Source of the DNA: Laetmonice hystrix
Lineage: Eukaryota
Length of the DNA stretch: 64,000 nt
Assembly (NCBI GenBank): GCA_965235115.1
Contig: OZ249442.1
Span: 15,748,001 to 15,812,000, forward strand
Reading direction: 5' to 3'
Shown piece after piece: positions 53,101 through 60,012 of this stretch. The notes under the pieces were generated by a model that was given only the letters and a program-made list of their open reading frames with translations, did no database searches and was not told the DNA's origin. The position numbers and the translations under genes were made by a program. Every line of letters starts with the position of its first letter. The first letter of the stretch is position 1.

Positions 53101-53615
53101 CTACTATTCTATTATTTCCTAAAGATTCCCTTTATTCCCCCCCCTTGATGCTCACTGCACTATCTACGTCAAATTTGGGGCCCATGTGACCCATGTTTTA
53201 GCAGGAGACGATTGGCCGGGCCTGTTTTATTGCGTGTGAGTCTCGAGGGGCCCCGCGGACTACGACAGTCTCGACAGAAAAGTGGGAGTGACCGAACCCA
53301 CTCAGTCGATCAGTCTGGGCCGCGGCGATGTCAACACTGCCTATCACAGCCAGGGGTTGTCTATTCTCTATCATTCTCTGTGTCTCAGAAAGTCGACGAC
53401 TTGCTAACCCTGCCGTGACCGTGAACTACTGGTTATCTGGGTCCCGACCATGACGTACCTTCTGTGGTTAGCCGACAAAACGGCTGTATGAGTTCACAAA
53501 ATGACAAGTTGTTCTTCTCACACACGACCTCCGCGTCGTGGCTGCACAGCGCAGCCACCATGGGGGCGAAGGCATTGTTGATGAATTCTTGCGCAGTCTG
53601 CTTGCACTGAGCCAT
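28851..53615 (-). CDS. TRAPPC8: Trafficking protein particle complex subunit 8 (TRAPPIII subunit, Trs85 homologue), 28 coding exons, 1531 aa
   Basis: Translated exons follow the vertebrate TRAPPC8 sequence as I recall it, in order: MAQCKQTAQE..., STPWYEAYRDCF..SDHEFLKHYLAC, PKWFCPNILHYYVLLHDV, HGHCLTLSDHDR, DSDLRSALLLEQAAHCFINMKAPMVRKFAFHMILAGHRFSKAGQ, LPQLPLP, YGPDRRLD, LPLWIRGPD, LRACFVKPGVYNL. All 27 introns are GT-AG with compatible phases, and the exons sum to 4596 nt. Confidence 0.97.
29355..29611. mobile_element. Fold-back MITE (possibly PIF/Harbinger-like) in the last TRAPPC8 intron
   Basis: CAGGGCCCGGTTTCTTGGTGGAGCTTGAGCTGAAATTCTTGGCTCAAGCTCAAGG... and its reverse complement ending ...CCACCAAGAAACCGGGCCCTG; arms ~110 bp around a ~35-nt loop; target duplication ambiguous. 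Confidence 0.8.
29730..29965 (-). CDS. TRAPPC8: TRAPPC8 coding exon 27
   Basis: TTCTCAAG|APVQQPPVK...HDFTRSRVAMVTVQLHLFNC...RQE AG|GTGAGA. Confidence 0.9.
30197..30301 (-). CDS. TRAPPC8: TRAPPC8 coding exon 26
   Basis: CCTGACAG|AFVVSEAGDSHCVMGQHHLTI...PTIK|GTTAGT. Confidence 0.9.
30492..30686 (-). CDS. TRAPPC8: TRAPPC8 coding exon 25
   Basis: TTTCCAG|IESSLTPCSDLYFRSR...LTLIVIWK|GTAAGG. Confidence 0.92.
30846..30925 (-). CDS. TRAPPC8: TRAPPC8 coding exon 24
   Basis: TTTTTCAG|GT CISEK...VVFTNVTFQEHP|GTGAGT. Confidence 0.85.
31092..31169 (-). CDS. TRAPPC8: TRAPPC8 coding exon 23
   Basis: GTTTTCAG|AA MKLNCRETMLLSFKAHKC...SP A|GTAAGT. Confidence 0.87.
31444..31540 (-). CDS. TRAPPC8: TRAPPC8 coding exon 22
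   Basis: CACATAG|VHDPSIAELSLLQVSCASCRWHL...LT G|GTGAGT. Confidence 0.87.
31644..31797 (-). CDS. TRAPPC8: TRAPPC8 coding exon 21
   Basis: ATTCCAG|G HRVLRHTV...EAENMNQ|GTCAGT. Confidence 0.92.
32202..32587 (-). CDS. TRAPPC8: TRAPPC8 coding exon 20
   Basis: GGTGCAG|VHFTGFPSQLLCGEV...LPLWIRGPD...PKL AG|GTATGA. Confidence 0.92.
32691..33053 (-). CDS. TRAPPC8: TRAPPC8 coding exon 19
   Basis: CTTGCAG|IHLNLTPKQTGELHIIG...YGPDRRLD...MPLLQ|GTAAGT. Confidence 0.93.
33478..33868. repeat. ~157-165-bp tandem repeat, ~2.4 copies, TRAPPC8 intron 18
   Basis: gacccattccactccag...cagacctgaccatgctgcagagacggcagaacatggtgatcttca recurs at ~33480, ~33645 and ~33802. Confidence 0.9.
34677..34751 (-). CDS. TRAPPC8: TRAPPC8 coding exon 18
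   Basis: CTATTTCAG|NPLADQVVETQVISDLILSASDSIS|GTGAGT. Confidence 0.85.
35058..35218 (-). CDS. TRAPPC8: TRAPPC8 coding exon 17
   Basis: ATAATCAG|AG RITVEVQLGNPLKIPLALSDVILLWKF...EAIK|GTTTGT. Confidence 0.9.
35390..35572 (-). CDS. TRAPPC8: TRAPPC8 coding exon 16
   Basis: TTTTACAG|AA PRSPASGVTF...WRKLEE...NPIAVVD G|GTGTGT. Confidence 0.9.
35898..36030 (-). CDS. TRAPPC8: TRAPPC8 coding exon 15
   Basis: TTTCCAG|QLLAQSS...LPQLPLP...DID G|GTAAAT; a tandem CAGCAG acceptor is possible. Confidence 0.9.
36080..37416. repeat. Composite 22/16-bp minisatellite containing CCCTAA, TRAPPC8 intron 14
   Basis: Interspersed monomers CCCTAACATCACTGCTTTCACA and CCCTAACAGCACCACA. Confidence 0.96.
37443..38900. 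mobile_element. 1458-bp non-autonomous TIR element with 5-bp TSD (hAT-like termini)
   Basis: 13-bp perfect TIR CAGGGATGAAAGT / ACTTTCATCCCTG; ATAGC directly repeated at 37438-37442 and 38901-38905; no recognisable transposase ORF inside. Confidence 0.8.
39063..39215 (-). CDS. TRAPPC8: TRAPPC8 coding exon 14
   Basis: ATTCTAG|DHINFTIGRQSFNL...FLREYLFVYK|GTAAGT. Confidence 0.95.
39926..39997 (-). CDS. TRAPPC8: TRAPPC8 coding exon 13
   Basis: GTTGTAG|KKHALRSYTQALQVYKGKHWTLAE|GTAGGC. Confidence 0.94.
40510..40641 (-). CDS. TRAPPC8: TRAPPC8 coding exon 12
   Basis: CTTGCAG|DSDLRSALLLEQAAHC...SKAGQ|GTCAGT. Confidence 0.95.
42681..42903. mobile_element. 223-bp MITE with TA TSD (Tc1/mariner-pogo type)
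   Basis: TA|CCGTATATGTCCCATTTGCCGCGCA ... TGCGCGGCAAATAGGACATATACGG|TA (25-bp TIR, 1 mismatch). Confidence 0.88.
44110..44695. repeat. 27-bp minisatellite, ~21 copies, TRAPPC8 intron 11
   Basis: Unit GTGCCGGGTGTTATTCTCAACTGTCCC; ends ~140 nt from exon 11. Confidence 0.96.
44835..44940 (-). CDS. TRAPPC8: TRAPPC8 coding exon 11
   Basis: GTTCAAG|G SPQFATRATMLSTEALK...MTSE|GTATGT. Confidence 0.92.
45301..45404 (-). CDS. TRAPPC8: TRAPPC8 coding exon 10
   Basis: TTTTCCAG|EMACMSVFMQG...YPQHYMETA...TC AA|GTAAGT. Confidence 0.93.
45602..45752 (-). CDS. TRAPPC8: TRAPPC8 coding exon 9
   Basis: GTGACAG|G YTTEAPEMQNRRLADLAF...FAGAT|GTAAGA. Confidence 0.93.
45959..46071 (-). CDS. TRAPPC8: TRAPPC8 coding exon 8
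   Basis: CTTTACAG|LTSRKGIHRSFFNATKKWFGG...NV GT|GTAAGT. Confidence 0.93.
46220..46515 (-). CDS. TRAPPC8: TRAPPC8 coding exon 7
   Basis: CCCCCTAACAG|AG PDGQQ...HGHCLTLSDHDRLR...LSEQ|GTAACG. Confidence 0.88.
46843..46972 (-). CDS. TRAPPC8: TRAPPC8 coding exon 6 (poorly conserved acidic region)
   Basis: GATTACAG|DTLDNYENVQSRMENE...EATE G|GTAACG. The phase fits both neighbours; an alternative in-frame donor lies at 46894. Confidence 0.75.
46939..47921. repeat. ~81-98-bp tandem array duplicating the TRAPPC8 intron 5/exon 6 junction, ~8 copies
   Basis: gtgattgtacattctcatagttgtccaacgtatcctgta(a/t)tcacaagtatacaactctctcagtc recurs from 46939 to ~47575; the last unit is split by a MITE and resumes at 47882. 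Confidence 0.93.
47623..47881. mobile_element. 259-bp MITE with 5-bp TSD
   Basis: TIR CTGGGCTTCTGCTAGCCG / CGGCAAGCGGGAGCCCAG (15/18); TATAC repeated at 47618-47622 and 47882-47886; the host repeat unit confirms the empty site. Confidence 0.8.
48034..48202 (-). CDS. TRAPPC8: TRAPPC8 coding exon 5
   Basis: GCGTCAG|G AEALYQTMK...PDPWGQFL...DLN|GTAAGC. Confidence 0.92.
48453..48627 (-). CDS. TRAPPC8: TRAPPC8 coding exon 4
   Basis: CTACTAG|GT IFVVSSSHADPMDQF...DADET AA|GTTAGT. Confidence 0.92.
48628..50487 (-). other. TRAPPC8: U12-type (minor spliceosome) GT-AG intron 3 of TRAPPC8
   Basis: 5' splice site GTATCCTTTT; branch site ACCTTGAC (48648-48641) with the branch A 15 nt from the 3' end; no polypyrimidine tract; joining gives ACIFVVSSSH, in line with conserved ACMLVASSS. 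Confidence 0.88.
49638..49812. mobile_element. 175-bp MITE with 5-bp TSD inside the U12 intron
   Basis: 12-bp perfect TIR CAGGGTTTCCTG / CAGGAAACCCTG; GCATG repeated at 49633-49637 and 49813-49817; internal poly-G/poly-C. Confidence 0.8.
50488..50577 (-). CDS. TRAPPC8: TRAPPC8 coding exon 3
   Basis: ATTTCAG|CC STPWYEAY...KHYLA T|GTATCCTT (U12-type donor). Confidence 0.93.
50992..51189 (-). CDS. TRAPPC8: TRAPPC8 coding exon 2
   Basis: TTTTCAAAG|CA PVREP...DYDLQLS G|GTAAGT. Confidence 0.93.
53459..53615 (-). CDS. TRAPPC8: TRAPPC8 coding exon 1
   Basis: MAQCKQTAQEFINNAF...RLTTE; donor G|GTACGT, phase 1. Confidence 0.93.
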
Positions 53616-54689
53616 TTCTGCACACGGTATAATCTCTCCCTTTTGTATTTGTTCTAAGGCGTGCGATCTGGGTCGCGTTTACCGTATCCAATTCATTTAG
53701 GGGGAGGGAAGATCAGTCCAAGATCCACCTATCCGCCATCGTTACAAATGTTTGTTATTTGCGCAGCCTTTCGCGCACCATGACGTCTTTCCTGTTCAAA
53801 ACTTGAAGTGATAGCAAACTGCTTGTTAGACAAAGAGGTGGTACTGACTTACTTCGCCAGACGGCAGCAACGTCATCTCCCGCCAGGCCAGGCATCATTC
53901 CTCAGTTGGAGACGTGCGTGGGATAAGATCCGTTCTTTTTAACTAGAAATTGTTCAGTCCGAACAGGACGTCTCCCCTTTTTTAAAGTAATGACATCATA
54001 TAATTTTTGAGAGAGGACTAATTAGTATGAAAGTAGTGTGTTGCAAAAGCAATGATATAGCTATGGCAGATTTTCTATGCGAAAGAAAAGATTAAAGGTC
54101 CCCTAGTCACTCTCCCCCCGTTCCAGTTAGTCAATTTGTACCCACATGTGAAATATGATGTCTCACAGGCGCTGCAATGTCGAGAAAACCGTGAAAGTGT
54201 GCTCCAGCCGGGGTCCCGAGTAAACACTGTCCATGTTTTTGTTGTTGAGTTCAAATCTGCCGCTGTCGACAAGTGGCGCTATGACTGACGTCATTGCATC
54301 AACCATCCCAAAATACCCCGCTAGGCCGCTTCCGGGGAATGCCCCACCGCCCCACGCCCCGCAACACACGCTGGGCCATTTCAGTCGATGCTCGCACCTC
54401 GGTACGTGGAGGAGCAAACTAGTACTGCGACTACTGGTATTGGCTATAGACTATACTAAGATAAAATATTCATCGCTCATCCTCTGCTGAGAAAACGGGG
54501 CTTGTTGTAGTGGCTACACTAAAACGGTTGCCAGAGGAGTCTGCTACGCGAGGAGTGTGCTCGGTGTGCTACTCGTTCTGTGCTACGCGACTCAGCCGAG
54601 CTGCCGAGGCCCCGGTGCCCGTTAACACGCGCATAAGGAGGGGTGCTATTTACTCGAACTTTACACTAGCATATAATATTTCTATGTTG

Positions 54690-55100
54690 TAGACCCTAGT
54701 CTAAGTCTGATAACGATGCGTAGCGTAGTTTATGAAAAATCGCGAGTTGAGTGTGTGCCAGCGGCAGCCTTCCCACCCGCGGGGCGAACCGTGACGCCGC
54801 CGTCCCTCTCAGAGCACCGCCGTTCGTCGGGCTGCCACTCACTGACTCAGTGACACGTTCGGCAGGCGAGGTGGCGAGGGCCGGGGTGGGGGGTGTCTGT
54901 GTGTGTAGGGACCGCAGTAGGGGGCCCGGAGCCCGTTCCCCTAACATGCCTAACCTCCTGTTCGCTGTCCGCCATTTTCCGCGTGCTCCTCTGGGGAAGG
55001 AGATGCAGTCACGTGGTTATGCGCGCGCATCGACGGAATTCCCCCGTTACCCAGCCGAGGCAACATGGCAAAATGGCGCGAAGACGCAGGCATGATACCA
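54690..55100. promoter_or_regulatory. GC/CpG-rich promoter-like region upstream of TRAPPC8
   Basis: Dense CpGs; YY1-like CCGCCATTTT (54969-54978) and AAAATGGCG (~55071); a CRE-like TGACGTCA at ~54286. Confidence 0.45.
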
Positions 55101-55267
55101 TCATGGTACATCGTCGGTTCTCACAGTAAATCGGGTTGGTTCCACTCACATTTATTACGATAAGTGCAGGGGATCCATATGGGAGGGGTCAACTTCATGG
55201 GGCGAATAAATAGTGCCACTTTAACTAGTTGCGAGGTGCCCAGGGCACAGGTATCCCATTCACCAGT

Positions 55268-56215
55268 CAATGGTGTTAAAATCGGAAATTAGGTCAACTT
55301 GGCCGCCATCTTGGATTTTTCAAATTCTGTTCAAATGGGTCAAGTTTTCCATCCTAACCCCAATGGTGAAAACCAGACGTTGATATCTTTAACCGTTTTA
55401 GAGATATCACTGATTTTGGTTTGAAAATGACCTAAAAGGGCCAACTTTGAAGAGCCATAATTTGGAAACTATTGATTTTAGGGGAGCCATCTCGGTGTCA
55501 GAGACAGCTGACCCATTACCCAATCCAATGGTTTTAAAATCGGAAATTAGGTCAACTTGGCCGCCATCTTGGATTTTTCAAATTCAGTTTAAATGGGTCA
55601 AGTTTTCCATCCTAACCCCAATGGTGAAAACCAGACGTTGATATCTTTAACCGTTTTAGAGATATCACTGATTTTTGGTTAAAAATGACCTAAAAGGGCC
55701 AACTTTGAAGAGCCATAATTTGGAAACTATTGATTTTAGGGGAGCCATCTCGGTGTCAGAGACAGCTGACCTATTACCCAATCCAATGGTGTTAAAATCG
55801 GAAATTAGGTCAACTTGGCCGCCATCTTGGATTTTTCAAATTCAGGGAAAATGGCTCAAGGTTTTCATCCCAAACCCAATGGTCAAAACCAGACATTGAT
55901 ATCTTTAACCGTTTTCGAGGTATCACTGATGTTTGGTTGAAAATAACCTAAAAGGGCCAACTTTGAGGGGCCATAAGATGGAAACTATCGAATTTAGGGG
56001 AGCCATCTCGGTGTCAGAGATAGTGGACCTATTACCCAATCCAATGGTGCTGAAATTGGAAATTAGGTCAACTTGGCCGCCATCTTGGATTTTTCAAATT
56101 CGCTGAGGATGGGTCAAGTTTTTTATGCTAAACCCAAAGGTGAAACCCAGACATTGATATCTTTAACCGTTTTCGAGATATCACTGATCTTTGGTTGAAA
56201 ATTACCTAAAAAGGG
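55268..56215. repeat. 258-bp tandem repeat, ~3.7 copies (probably DNA-transposon internal repeat)
   Basis: atcggaaattaggtcaacttggccgccatcttggatttt at 55281, 55539, 55797 and (variant) 56055, an exact 258-bp spacing. Confidence 0.92.
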
Positions 56216-56230
56216 TCATTAAGCCAGATG

Positions 56231-56940
56231 GGGTCACGTGACAGCATTTAAATTGACGTAAATTGAAAACTCATATATGATTTTCCATATGAGTTTAATA
56301 GGAACCATGGACCCATCTGGCTCTGTTTCTAAGTTACAGCCATCTTAAAATACCAATGACGTCATAGGGCAACGTAGGGTCACGTGACCTTACTAAAAAT
56401 GGGGTCATTTGAAAGGCCATATATGACTTCCTATGGGTATCACTAGTACGTATGGGCCTATCTGGCTCTTTTTCCAAGTTACTGCCAGCTGAAAACACTG
56501 ATGACGTCATACAGCCATATATGGTCACATGACCTAATTAAAAATGGTGTCATTTGAAAGGCCATATATGACTTCCTATCTGTCTACAATAGTAACTATG
56601 GGCCTATCTGGCTCTGTTTCCAAGTTATTGCTAATTGAAAATACCGATGATGTCATAGAGTCACGTAGGGTCACGTGACCTAATTAAAAATTGTGTCATT
56701 TTAAAGGCCATAATGACTTCCTATCTGTCTTCAATAGTAACTATGGGCCTATCTGGCTCTATTTCCAAGTTACTGCTAATTGAAAATACTGATGACGTCA
56801 TAGAGTCACGTAGGGTCACGTGACCTAATTAAAAATGGTGTAATTTTAAAGGCCATATATGACTCCTATCTGTCTTCAATAGTAACTATGGGCCTATCTG
56901 GCTCTATTGCCAAGTTACTGCTAGCTGAAAATACCGATGA
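56231..56940. repeat. ~145-146-bp tandem repeat, ~5 copies
   Basis: ggtcacgtgacc / gggcctatctggctct motifs recur at ~56232, 56378, 56523, 56668 and 56814. Confidence 0.88.
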
Positions 56941-57076
56941 CGATAAGGTATGTATGTATGTGGGTAGGGGTGTGGGTGTGTGTGTGCGATGTGCTGGCTG
57001 TGGTAAAGGAGTTGGTGGTTGTTGGTGGAGCGTGGAAGTGTTATGTAACTCAGTTGTGGGATCTGCGGTGGTGGGG

Positions 57077-57314
57077 TATGGAAATACCGGCGACGACATG
57101 CGAGATGCGAGAAGCGACATGGAACCGAACACTGTCAATTTAGCACATAGAATGTTTCTTATTGACACCGACATCACGATCCACTGCTCAATTAGTGCCT
57201 ATTTAACAATAATTTTGGGGCTAAAGTGAAAACTAACACTAACCGTAGGCCTAACCTTTACCCTAACCCAAACACACTGTCTCGCATCTCGCATGTCGTC
57301 GCCGGTATTCCATA
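57077..57314. mobile_element. 238-bp MITE with ~35-bp TIR and 7-bp TSD
   Basis: TATGGAAATACCGGCGACGACATGCGAGATGCGAGA / TCTCGCATCTCGCATGTCGTCGCCGGTATTCCATA; GGTGGGG repeated at 57070-57076 and 57315-57321. Confidence 0.85.
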
Positions 57315-57479
57315 GGTGGGGGACGGGCGGCCGGCCCGTGTAGGGGTTTGGTGGGGAGTTACCACGGCTGAGAAGGACGCCTGACTGGGGATTGGCGGGA
57401 GTTGCTAAGGACAACGGCTGAGAACAGGCGCACAGGCCAGTGACTGGGAGCGGGCCCGCTGGCGAATTTTTTTCCCACG

Positions 57480-58372
57480 CTAGTTCTGGATACTCATTAG
57501 CATACAGCCAATCAGAAACAAGTTGTTTACGCGCTGTGTAAGCCGCATAAGTCGGAAACTATTAACTGTAGAGAAAAACACTTAATGTAGCGGTTGTAGG
57601 GAAAGACCTGGAGATTCTTCTCCACCAAGTTTCATAAAGATACGGTCAGGGGTTTGGGATATATAAAAGGCTTCTCTAAGGTTGGCACGGTACTGAGGTC
57701 AAAGGTCATGAAGTGCTAAAAATAGCAAAATCCCGAGAAAATATCCACAGTTGTCTTTTCCCCAAATTAGGACTTTCTAGCCCCGGTAGTTTTTGAGCTG
57801 ACGTCAAGTAAGCGCCCAACCACTTCGAAAATGTTGAAGGTCACACAGAGGTCATCTGGGGTCACAGGAACGTGTCCTCCGGGAAATCTAAATTTGGCAC
57901 ATAGATGACCCTGCTGACCAAATTTGATGTTATTCCAGCCAGTATTTTCCGAGTTATGGCTTTGGCAAAAAAATGGCACGTGCCATTTTTTTTAGATCAG
58001 CCGCCATCTTGAAAGTTCTGGGTCAACCAAACTGGTTTTCGAACTTGTCCAAGCCCCGGATGAAAGAAGGCCGACATGCCAATTTTGGATCGATTCAGGC
58101 TATTTTTCTCGCGTTATCGTGATCACAGCACAAGTTGGCACATTCGTGCCACAGAAGAGGTCAAAGGTCAAATGGCACTATAAGTAGAAACAAAGATTTT
58201 TCAGAAGGTTCTGTCGGGCCATTTCAAATTTGATAACTCCCTCTCTAACAGTGGCCGAGTTATTCCAAAAAGAAGAAAATAAAAGAAACAAAGAAAGAAA
58301 GAAAGAAAGAGAGAGAGCGGTCAGAAACAGCGTGCAAAACAAAACGTCTCCCCCAGCTGGGGGGAGACGTAA
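57480..58372 (-). mobile_element. Possible second HINE/Helitron-like non-autonomous element (partial)
   Basis: On the minus strand it begins with a perfect 26-bp palindrome ACGTCTCCCCCAGCTGGGGGAGACGT (58344-58369), then a (CTTT)n-type microsatellite (~58255-58318). The far subterminal repeat was not found, so the left boundary is uncertain. Confidence 0.4.
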
Positions 58373-59845
58373 TGACCTACGTGGAACGAGGCCTACTAAA
58401 TGTGATAGGCCTTAGTCCCTTAAATCTCAGGCCTTAAGCTATTTTATGTGATAGCCTCTAGGCTTGGCTAGGCCTACTTCGCAAAAATCTGTATAGACCT
58501 CATAGGCCTGTAGCTAGGCCTAGGCCTACACTCAAAAAATCACGTTGATAGCCTAGAGTCTAGATAGCAGGCGCGGATCCAGAGGGGGGGGGGGTTACCC
58601 CCTGCCCTCGGCCATTCCCCCTCTCTTTCCAATAGGGAAACATGTATTAGGCCTAATCAGTGGGGAATAAGGGGGTGGAGCTCACCTAAAAGGTTTTTTG
58701 CCTCGCTACGCTCGGCATGATTTCATTAATTGTGGTAATAGACCTACTAATGCAAAGGCGGATCCAGAGTGGGGCACAGGGGGCACGTGCCCCCCCTTTA
58801 GCTTCACTAATTAGGCCTATACACGGCTATAGCCTACTCATTTTTAATTAATTTTAACACTGACGGTGTATCTCAGGCAAACCCCGAGCTATTTTGTAGG
58901 CCTGTAGGCCCTACCTCCTTGGATCCCCTACTAATTAATACATTAATTATCTAGGATTTTGATAAGGGGGTGGGGCTCACCTTAAAAATCTTTTTGCCTC
59001 GCTACGCTTGGCATGATTTCATTTTGGCTGTATAGGCCCTACTATAGGCCTAATGCATCCTAATACAAAAAATGACACCCCCCCCCCCCCACGCATGCAC
59101 GGCCCTGGCAATGTCATGATGGAATGCAAGCCCGTCTCTAAAAAGACAGTAGGCCTATTCAGTTCCATTTCCAGTATATTCTCAAGAGTAGCATAAATCA
59201 GGCTGTGTATAAGCCTAAATTGGCTCCAACCCTATAATGCATGGTATATCTTACCCATGCACATTTCATTGAATGCACACATAGATCTACATGTATAGGC
59301 TATAGACTCTATATGTGGATACATGGGCCTATATTAATAGCTCATAGACTAACCTTATATTTTATCAGGTATAACATTTATGAGTAATTTTGAGATCATC
59401 ATCATAATTTTATTACAAACGGAGTAGGCCTCTACTATTAAAGATATACGCTTTCAAGTTATAGGTCAAGTTTGTCATTCTATTTGTTCGCATTCATACG
59501 AAACCTGTCCTGGCTCTCTTAAACTCAACACACACACATATTTGGCGCGCTGATGGATAGCTGGATAGCTGTCTGAAAGTTATGTCTGCCCTGTGGGATA
59601 AATAACATGGTTTTGTCATATCTGTCAGCAACCGACTAACACGCAGCAGAGCCATCATTCCCTCTCTCCGACTGTGTCATTGAAGAGCCTATAGGCGTTA
59701 ATTAACGACTTGTGGCAACGTCGAGTCAGACTGGTAAAAAGTCTACAAATAAAACTTCAAAGTTTATAACTACGTGAGGACGTCTCTGACGCATCGCAAA
59801 TTAATCTGGAATAACCATCTATTGTAATGTTGTAACGTCGGCGGA

Positions 59846-59853
59846 TATATAAA
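59846..59853 (+). promoter_or_regulatory. Candidate TATA box of the secreted-protein gene
   Basis: GGA-TATATAAA-CG, ~165 nt upstream of the ATG at 60013. Confidence 0.5.
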
Positions 59854-60012
59854 CGCCACTCCACGCCGCATAGGCATGACATCATAATAAAATGCTCCAC
59901 GGCTACGTAAACGTCCGGTGGTCTTGCTGTGAAGTTAAATAGTCCAATCAAGTGCATGTTTAATATTCCGTTACGCGTTTAATGTACCGGTACATGTAGG
60001 TTGCAGCAAACA

